Shown here piece after piece: positions 37,496-44,040 of a DNA stretch of 44,040 nt; position 1 is the first letter of the stretch; each line of letters begins with the position of its first letter. The position numbers and the translations under genes were made by a program. The stretch comes from Dolichospermum sp. OTE_70_metabat_362_sub. GTDB lineage: Bacteria > Cyanobacteriota > Cyanobacteriia > Cyanobacteriales > Nostocaceae. The DNA is taken from assembly GCA_031374905.1 (NCBI GenBank), contig JANMGZ010000665.1:1-44040 (forward strand), written 5' to 3'. The notes beneath the pieces are model-generated. The model worked only from the letters and a program-made list of their open reading frames with translations. It was not told where the DNA came from and did no database searches.

Positions 37496-39685
37496 ATGCT
37501 TCAGTACCCCCACCTAGAAAAAGCTTTAAAACATCATTTTGGTTATGATCAATTTCGCCCTGGACAAAGGCAAATTATCGAAGATGCGTTAGAAAATCGG
37601 GATTTAATGGTAATCATGCCCACAGGTGGGGGTAAATCTCTGTGCTTTCAATTACCGGCACTTTTAAAACCAGGTTTAACAGTCGTAGTCTCACCGTTGA
37701 TAGCATTAATGCAAGATCAAGTAGAAGCACTGCGAACTAATAATATTTCTGCCACATTTTTAAATAGTAGTCTCAACGCCTATAAAGTTCGCTCTCGTGA
37801 AGAAGCGATCATGAATGGTAAAATAAAATTACTTTATGTCGCCCCAGAACGCCTCATCAGTGACCGATTTCTCCCGCTTTTAGACGTAGTTAAGGAAAAA
37901 GTGGGAATTTCCACCTTTGCCATTGATGAAGCCCATTGTGTCTCCGAATGGGGGCATGATTTTCGCCCAGAATATCGGCAATTAAGATTACTAAGAAAAC
38001 GTTATCCTGATGTGCCTACAGTTGCGCTCACCGCTACCGCCACAGATAGAGTCAGGGCTGATATTATTGAACAATTAGGATTAAAACAACCAAGTATTCA
38101 TATTGCCAGTTTTAACCGCCAAAATCTTCATTATGAAGTTCGGGCTAAAAGTAACCGCGCTTACGCCGAATTATTAGAAATAGTTAGAGAAAATACGGGT
38201 TCAGGAATTATCTATTGTTTAACTCGCAAAAAAGTTGATGAACTCACTTTAAAACTCCAAAATGATAAAATTTCTGTTCTTCCTTATCATGCTGGTTTAA
38301 GTGATGATGAAAGATCAAAAAATCAAACTCGGTTTATTCGGGATGATGTGCGGGTAATGGTGGCAACAGTTGCCTTTGGGATGGGAATTAATAAACCTGA
38401 TGTTCGGTTTGTTGTCCATTCCGATTTACCCAGAAATTTAGAAAGTTATTATCAAGAATCAGGGCGAGCCGGTAGAGATGATGAACCTTCTAAATGTACA
38501 TTATTTTTCAATTATGGTGATATTAAAACCATTGAATGGAGTATTAATCAAAAACCAGATCCGCAAGAACAATTAATAGCTAAACAACAACTAAGACAGG
38601 TAATTGATTATGCAGAAGGAACAGATTGCAGACGCACAATTCAATTAAGTTATTTTGGCGAACGATTTCCCGGAAATTGTGGAAATTGTGATAACTGTCT
38701 TCATCCTAAACCTGTACAAGATTGGACAATTGAAGCTATGAAATTTTTATCTTGTGTAGCTAGAAGTAAAGAAAGATTTGGAATGCTGCACATTATTGAT
38801 ATCTTGCGAGGCGGAAAAAATCAGAGAATTATGGTTAATAAACATGATCAACTTTCTACCTATGGAATTGGGAAAGATAAAACAGTAGATGAATGGCGAA
38901 TGTTATGTAGATCACTGTTACATCAAGGGTTAATAGAACAAACGGCTGATGGTTATTCAGTTTTAAAATTAAATGCTTTGAGTTGGGAAGTAATGCGAAA
39001 ACAACGCACAGTTTCCATTGCTGTTCCCATAGTCCAAAAAGTTACTTGGGAAGATAGTAGCAGTAAAGCCGCAGATGTGGAAGTTTTGACTCAAAAATTG
39101 CGATCGCTTCGTAAACAACTTGCAGACGAACAAGCAGTGCCACCCTACGTCATCTTTCATGATTCTACATTAAAGTTAATGGCACAAATGCAGCCCACAA
39201 CCTTAGATGAATTTGGCAATCTTTCCGGAGTTGGTAGTCATAAATTATCCCAATATGGTAAAAGTTTCTTAGCAGAAATTCAAGCCTATCGTCAAGAACA
39301 AGGTTTACCAGAAAAGACTATTAATCAAGTTTATTCCTCACCTCATTCTCACTCACCTTCAGATACAGAATTAACAACATTAGAGTTATATAATCAGGGT
39401 TTAAATCTTCAAGAAATTGCTAAACAACGCAACGTTAAAACTGCCACAATTATCAGTCATCTCTCCAATTTAATTGAGAAAAAACAACATCTAGATTTAA
39501 GTAAATTAGTCCCCTTAGAACGCCAAAAGAAAATCTGGAATGTCTTAGAAATTGTTGGTGATATTGCCCTCACACCCATTCGGGAAAATTTAGGTGAAAG
39601 CTACAGTTTTGATGAAATTCGTTTAGTTAGAGCAAAATGGCGCAGAGAAAAACAAAAATCTATTAAAGATGATATTGATTTTTAG
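37496..39685 (+). CDS. recQ: ATP-dependent DNA helicase RecQ
   Basis: MPTGGGKSLCFQ, DEAHCVSEWGHDFRP, QESGRAGRD, Zn-binding RQC, HRDC and C-terminal HTH. Confidence 0.96.
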   Translation: MLQYPHLEKALKHHFGYDQFRPGQRQIIEDALENRDLMVIMPTGGGKSLCFQLPALLKPGLTVVVSPLIALMQDQVEALRTNNISATFLNSSLNAYKVRSREEAIMNGKIKLLYVAPERLISDRFLPLLDVVKEKVGISTFAIDEAHCVSEWGHDFRPEYRQLRLLRKRYPDVPTVALTATATDRVRADIIEQLGLKQPSIHIASFNRQNLHYEVRAKSNRAYAELLEIVRENTGSGIIYCLTRKKVDELTLKLQNDKISVLPYHAGLSDDERSKNQTRFIRDDVRVMVATVAFGMGINKPDVRFVVHSDLPRNLESYYQESGRAGRDDEPSKCTLFFNYGDIKTIEWSINQKPDPQEQLIAKQQLRQVIDYAEGTDCRRTIQLSYFGERFPGNCGNCDNCLHPKPVQDWTIEAMKFLSCVARSKERFGMLHIIDILRGGKNQRIMVNKHDQLSTYGIGKDKTVDEWRMLCRSLLHQGLIEQTADGYSVLKLNALSWEVMRKQRTVSIAVPIVQKVTWEDSSSKAADVEVLTQKLRSLRKQLADEQAVPPYVIFHDSTLKLMAQMQPTTLDEFGNLSGVGSHKLSQYGKSFLAEIQAYRQEQGLPEKTINQVYSSPHSHSPSDTELTTLELYNQGLNLQEIAKQRNVKTATIISHLSNLIEKKQHLDLSKLVPLERQKKIWNVLEIVGDIALTPIRENLGESYSFDEIRLVRAKWRREKQKSIKDDIDF

Positions 39686-39780
39686 TTTTTAGTAGATAAA
39701 GTCAAAGATAGCAACTTAGGTAAAACCAAACAAATAGCCGCATTCAATATTGTTAAAAATATCCCATCAATTAAAGTCAT
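39682..39780 (-). CDS. Small hydrophobic peptide (32 aa), paralogue of the adjacent 81-aa protein
   Basis: MTLIDGIFLTILNAAICLVLPKLLSLTLSTKN preceded by the RBS AGAGGA. Confidence 0.6.
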   Translation of the reverse strand: MTLIDGIFLTILNAAICLVLPKLLSLTLSTKN

Positions 39781-39907
39781 AAATAACTTCCTCTTATAAG
39801 TATTGGTGATAACTACATCTTCATTTTGCCCGACAAAAACCACGTTTGAGCAAATTTGAATTTTTAAACATCTTTGAGATGACATAAGTAAATTAAATGC
39901 AAATCCG

Positions 39908-39930
39908 GTAGGGGCGCAGGACTTGCGCCC
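39908..39930. repeat. GTAG-type REP hairpin
   Basis: GTAGGGGCGCAGGACTTGCGCCC. Confidence 0.8.
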
Positions 39931-39958
39931 AAAGCTCAGATATGTGCTAATATCATCT

Positions 39959-40204
39959 TCAGTTAGGAGAACATTGATCACAAAAACGCGGACTAAATTT
40001 ACAAAATTGACTCCCAGTTAATGCGTAAGCTGTACAATATGGGAAACTTGTCGTTTCCATTTTGGCAGGTTGGCAACTGGCAGCAATAGACAATGGTGGA
40101 GATTGTTGAGGTTTACGAACCAAAACCAGAGATAGCAGTTTGGGCAAAGCTAAACAAGCCCCAGCATTAATAACGGTAAGCAATAATACATCCATCAAAT
40201 CCAT
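39959..40204 (-). CDS. Small membrane protein with a Cys-rich tail
   Basis: MDLMDVLLLTVINAGACLALPKLLSL...PYC...FCKFSPRFCDQC. Confidence 0.6.
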   Translation of the reverse strand: MDLMDVLLLTVINAGACLALPKLLSLVLVRKPQQSPPLSIAASCQPAKMETTSFPYCTAYALTGSQFCKFSPRFCDQCSPN

Positions 40205-40262
40205 AGGGAATTATCCCCAGACGAAATTACATAGGAACAGTTTGGTTAGTCTAGGTTAGTCT

Positions 40263-40367
40263 TACAGCACTTCCTGATGTTATGAGGTACAGTTTTTTAT
40301 TGCAAAACCCGTAGGGGCGCAGGGCTTGCGCCCTCCATTGTGTTTCATTAGACCGAGAATTGCTGTA
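40263..40367. mobile_element. 105-bp MITE-like element, TACAGC...GCTGTA ends, GTAG-REP core
   Basis: 29-bp ends of the same pattern as 19116 and 26153, enclosing GTAGGGGCGCAGGGCTTGCGCCC. Confidence 0.75.
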
Positions 40368-40533
40368 AAATATATGGAAATGCAGGAAGACTTAACCATA
40401 GTATTTACTTTATATGAAATCAGTTTAGCATAGATTTTTATAGATGGAACGGTGAGAGTTCAGTAATTTTTATCCAATAATGTGTAAGCTAAAGATTAAA
40501 TAGCCTTATTAGTTGAATTTAACAGTAGTATTT

Positions 40534-42498
40534 ATGACAAAAAACCAATCCGCAACTTCTTTCTTAGCTAACATTTCTGAGCGTGAAAGCCTGGCTTTAC
40601 AGAGTTTAGTAGATTACACAAACGTCGAATCACTGCCAGAAATTTGGACTTTGGCTGCAAGACAATTTGGTAATATTGTTGCTCTACATAACCCCCACGC
40701 TAAACCAGAAGTAAAAATTACCTATAGTCAGCTTGCAGCCCAAATTCAACGATTTGCGGCTGGTTTACAGACTTTAGGCATCAATATGCACAATAGTGAT
40801 GATCTTCCCTATGGTGAACGGGTTGCCCTCATTGCTGATAACAGTCCCCGCTGGTTTATTGCCGACCAAGGTATCATGACCGCAGGGGCAGTAAATGCAG
40901 TCCGTAGCGCTCAAGCAGAAAGAGAAGAACTACTATATATCATTGCTCATAGTGGTAGTACAGCACTAGTGCTTGAGGATATCAAAACTCTGAATAAACT
41001 AGAAGAACGCCTCAATGAATTACCGATTAAGCTGGTAGTTCTCCTTTCGGACGAAACACCACCCACAGAACTTAATTTTCAAGTGGTGAACTTCTCCCAA
41101 TTATTAGACATTGGTAGCAACAACACCTTAGTAGCAATTAAACAAAGCAGCGAAACATTAGCAACCCTAATTTATACCTCTGGAACTACGGGAAAACCCA
41201 AGGGTGTGATGCTGTCCCACAAAAATTTACTGCACCAAGTTAGAAACTTGGGAACAGTAGTCCAACCAAAGAAAGGAGATATTGCCCTTAGTATTTTACC
41301 CACATGGCATAGTTATGAACGCAGTGGTGAGTATTTCTTACTTTCTCAAGGTTGTACCCAAATTTACACTAACTTGCGTTCTGTTAAAAATGATTTAAAG
41401 AAATTTCAACCCCATTACATGATTGCTGTTCCGAGACTATGGGAATCAATTTATGAAGGAGTGCAAAAGCAATTCCGCGAACAACCAGCCAGAAAACAAA
41501 GCTTGATTAAGTTTTTGCTGGATATGAGCCAGAAATATATTGAAGCGCGGCGTATTGCTCAAGGGTTAAGTTTAAATCATATTCACGCTTCAGCCCTAGA
41601 ACGTTCCCAAGCAAAAATCACAGAATTAGGTTTGTCATCCTTCCATGCACTCGGTGAAAAATTAGTTTATGCTAAAGTGCGAGAAGCCACTGGTGGCAAA
41701 ATCAAGCATATTATCAGTGGTGGTGGTGCGCTACCGGGATACATAGATACCTTTTTTGAAATTGTCGGCGTGGAAATTTTACAAGGTTATGGTTTAACAG
41801 AAACCTCACCAGTAACTAATGCTCGTCGTCCTTGGCGAAATTTACGGGGTTCTTCAGGACAACCCATTCCCGGTACAGAAGTGAAAATTGTCAATCCCCA
41901 GACTCGTCAACCTCTACCAGTCGGAGAACGGGGTTTAGTCTTGCTCAAAGGGCCACAAATCATGCAAGGTTATTATCAAAATCCCGAAGCCACAAGTAAA
42001 GCTATAGACGCAGAAGGTTGGTTTGATAGCGGTGATTTAGGTTGGGTAACGCCCCAAAACGACCTAGTATTAACAGGTAGAGCAAAAGACACTATTGTTT
42101 TAACTAACGGTGAAAACATCGAACCTCAACCCATAGAAGATGCTTGTTTAAGATCACCCTACATTGACCAAATCATGTTAGTAGGACAAGATCAACGGAG
42201 CATTGGCGCTTTGATTGTTCCCAACTTAGAAGCCCTAGAAAAATGGGATCAAAATCAAAATAATACTGAAAAGATTGACTTAGAGAGTAAAATAGTCCAG
42301 GATTTGTTTCGTCAAGAATTAAACCGGGAAGTTCAAAACCGTCCAGGCTATCGAGCCGATGATCGTATTGGACCATTTAAACTCATTGAGGAACAATTCT
42401 CAATTGAAAATGGACTAATGACACAAACGCTCAAAATCCGTCGTCACGTTGTCATGGAACGATATTGCGATATTATTAACGCAATGTTTGCCAAATAA
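40534..42498 (+). CDS. aas: Long-chain acyl-ACP synthetase / fatty acid-CoA ligase (Aas-type)
   Basis: YTSGTTGKPKGV, QGYGLTETSP, GWFDSGDLG, GRAKDTIVL and MTQTLKIRR. ATG 40534 preferred. Confidence 0.82.
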   Translation: MTKNQSATSFLANISERESLALQSLVDYTNVESLPEIWTLAARQFGNIVALHNPHAKPEVKITYSQLAAQIQRFAAGLQTLGINMHNSDDLPYGERVALIADNSPRWFIADQGIMTAGAVNAVRSAQAEREELLYIIAHSGSTALVLEDIKTLNKLEERLNELPIKLVVLLSDETPPTELNFQVVNFSQLLDIGSNNTLVAIKQSSETLATLIYTSGTTGKPKGVMLSHKNLLHQVRNLGTVVQPKKGDIALSILPTWHSYERSGEYFLLSQGCTQIYTNLRSVKNDLKKFQPHYMIAVPRLWESIYEGVQKQFREQPARKQSLIKFLLDMSQKYIEARRIAQGLSLNHIHASALERSQAKITELGLSSFHALGEKLVYAKVREATGGKIKHIISGGGALPGYIDTFFEIVGVEILQGYGLTETSPVTNARRPWRNLRGSSGQPIPGTEVKIVNPQTRQPLPVGERGLVLLKGPQIMQGYYQNPEATSKAIDAEGWFDSGDLGWVTPQNDLVLTGRAKDTIVLTNGENIEPQPIEDACLRSPYIDQIMLVGQDQRSIGALIVPNLEALEKWDQNQNNTEKIDLESKIVQDLFRQELNREVQNRPGYRADDRIGPFKLIEEQFSIENGLMTQTLKIRRHVVMERYCDIINAMFAK

Positions 42499-42598
42499 TT
42501 TCCTAAATCGCAGATTTTCTGCAAAACTTACCGAAGAAGTATGGAAACAGCCTAGCAGAGGTGCGGGGGGAAGAAAATTCTTCTTTCTTTATTCCTCC

Positions 42599-42638
42599 TG
42601 ACTCCTGACTGGGCGCAGGCCCTGCGCCCCTACCTCCT
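42599..42638. repeat. GTAG-type REP hairpin embedded in ACTCCTG repeats
   Basis: Reverse complement is identical to 34407..34446. Confidence 0.85.
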
Positions 42639-42679
42639 CACCACATTACAAACTATTTAAGAGTGAACGGACAATTTTT

Positions 42680-43129
42680 ATGGATGTTTCCAACCCTCAA
42701 TTGCTTTTAAAACGCCCGATTAATGTTAAAGCCATAGTTACTAGTCTCTGGAAAGAGGAAGTACAACAGCAATTACAAGGTCAAATTAATCAAGTTGACC
42801 AACAATTGCAACAATTAGATGTTGAAGGACAAAGAGCAATTAGCGCCATTCAAAAACAGAGTGTTCAACCACCAGGACCCCAAACACTCCAACAAATTGA
42901 CAATATTCAACTGCAAGTTAATCAAAAGAAAAGTGAACTCCTAGAACAAAAGAATCAAATGCTGCAAAATCTCCAACAAGTCCAATTGTTGGAATTAGAT
43001 CAAGAAGTTAATCAATTTCAAATGGAAAGCTTTTTCCGCATTGAACCAGGTGACAACTTAATTAGTAAAATGCAGGTCGAAGTGGTCCTCCGTGATGGCA
43101 TTGTCGAAGAAATTCGCGGAGACATCTAA
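42680..43129 (+). CDS. YlqD family coiled-coil protein
   Basis: LKRPINVKAIVT..WKEE...VEVVLRDGIVEEIRG. Confidence 0.8.
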   Translation: MDVSNPQLLLKRPINVKAIVTSLWKEEVQQQLQGQINQVDQQLQQLDVEGQRAISAIQKQSVQPPGPQTLQQIDNIQLQVNQKKSELLEQKNQMLQNLQQVQLLELDQEVNQFQMESFFRIEPGDNLISKMQVEVVLRDGIVEEIRGDI

Positions 43130-43235
43130 ACAAACCATAGCATTAAAAACTCGTGTTGCTAACTCCGTTAAAACCGTAGTTTCATAAACCTTTCCCACCT
43201 TAGGTTACAGATAGCTTATTTGTTGGATTACACAC

Positions 43236-43359
43236 CCGCCTGGAACTTAAGTTCCAGGCTAATAGCGAAAGTTTACTCAAGTAAACTGGGGATTTTTGAG
43301 AATTTTTAGTCATCTTTAGATGACTTTTGCTATTAGACAGGGAATTGATTCCCTGTCGG
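43236..43359. repeat. Symmetric four-hairpin REPIN/MITE-like element
   Basis: Hairpin-TAATAGCGAAAG-hairpin ... hairpin-CTTTTGCTATTA-hairpin. Confidence 0.75.
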
Positions 43360-43411
43360 TCTATGGCTTTTATGTTAAATTTACATTCATCGAAAATAGA
43401 GTATGAGAGAG

Positions 43412-43440
43412 TTGACAAATGATTTTGAATTTGTTATCAT
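43412..43440 (+). promoter_or_regulatory. Sigma70-type promoter
   Basis: TTGACA-N17-TATCAT with an extended -10 TGn. Confidence 0.7.
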
Positions 43441-43647
43441 AAAATTGATAAGGAAGAACTATCTTACCTTAAAAATCTATTCAATTCGCCAAAACCGCTG
43501 ACAATGAAGAAAGCGGTTGTGTTTTGTGCAAAAAAACAGATAGTTCTCATTCATCTGATTTTTCTAAAAAATCACCCACTTGATCACAAAACTGTTAAAA
43601 TTCGTAGATTGAAGTCCATATATAATTGATTCTGAAACCACCATATC

Positions 43648-44040
43648 ATGAGCATTAACGAAGTATTTATGCCGGCGCTGAGTTCCACCATGACCGAAGG
43701 CAAAATTGTCTCCTGGGTAAAGTCGCCTGGAGATAAAGTGGAGAAAGGCGAAACGGTGGTGGTTGTCGAATCAGATAAAGCTGATATGGACGTGGAAACC
43801 TTCTATGAAGGATATCTTGCCCATATCATTGTTCCCGCCGGTGAAACCGCCCCAGTCGGCGCAGCGATCGCATACATTGCCGAAACAGAAGCAGAAATAG
43901 CTACAGCCCAATCCTTAGCCAACGCAGATGGCGCTGCTGCTCCCTCCACACCTGCCCCTGTACCCGTCGCTGCCGCCGCCGTTTCTGCCCCCGTCACCAC
44001 ATCTCAAAATGGTTCAAACCATCAACCCGGCAGAGTCGTA
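43648..44040 (+). CDS. pdhC: Pyruvate dehydrogenase E2, dihydrolipoamide acetyltransferase (5' part; runs off the window)
   Basis: MSINEVFMPALSSTMTEGKIVSWVKSPGDKVEKGETVVVVESDKADMDVE lipoyl domain followed by an Ala/Pro linker. Confidence 0.93.
   Translation, partial: MSINEVFMPALSSTMTEGKIVSWVKSPGDKVEKGETVVVVESDKADMDVETFYEGYLAHIIVPAGETAPVGAAIAYIAETEAEIATAQSLANADGAAAPSTPAPVPVAAAAVSAPVTTSQNGSNHQPGRVV

Noticed and set aside
2361-42376. Remaining short ORFs nested in or antisense to long genes (e.g. 2361, 5187, 6871, 9395, 11274, 13001, 16771-17412, 22992, 23979, 27943-29589, 29902, 30337, 31231, 36085, 36205, 36589, 38969, 42173)
   Set aside because: They overlap well-supported genes or repeats and show no recognisable motifs or translation signals.
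43200-43418. 72-aa minus-strand ORF
   Set aside because: Runs through the four-hairpin repeat and has no protein-like features.
43803-44000. 65-aa minus-strand ORF
   Set aside because: Antisense shadow of pdhC.

Overview
AT-rich chromosomal window from a heterocyst-forming cyanobacterium (Nostocales). Evidence: many HIP1 GCGATCGC octamers, STRR-type short tandem repeats, devH, a HetZ-related gene, argZ/agrE and ccmK3/K4. Most of it is core genome: pxcA, nblS/hik33, ccmK3-ccmK4, a GH57 enzyme, devH, argZ, a clpC paralogue, an MlaD/MlaF-type pair, ald, an hli gene, recQ, aas and the start of pdhC. Small accessory or decay pockets hold IS630, IS4 and possibly IS5 remnants, a PIN toxin-antitoxin pair, a collapsed hcp/Crp-Fnr locus and a DUF29 fragment. 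The most notable observations are: (1) a three-domain 6-pyruvoyl-tetrahydropterin synthase/QueD-family protein whose domains carry different active-site signatures; (2) a family of ~100-bp miniature elements with 29-bp inverted ends and interchangeable internal hairpin cores; (3) an unannotated Yfr2-like sRNA with a near-consensus promoter; (4) a candidate structured RNA upstream of pdhC; (5) two tandem paralogous small membrane proteins. No CRISPR array, tRNA or rRNA was seen. All family assignments come from motif recognition without database searches.
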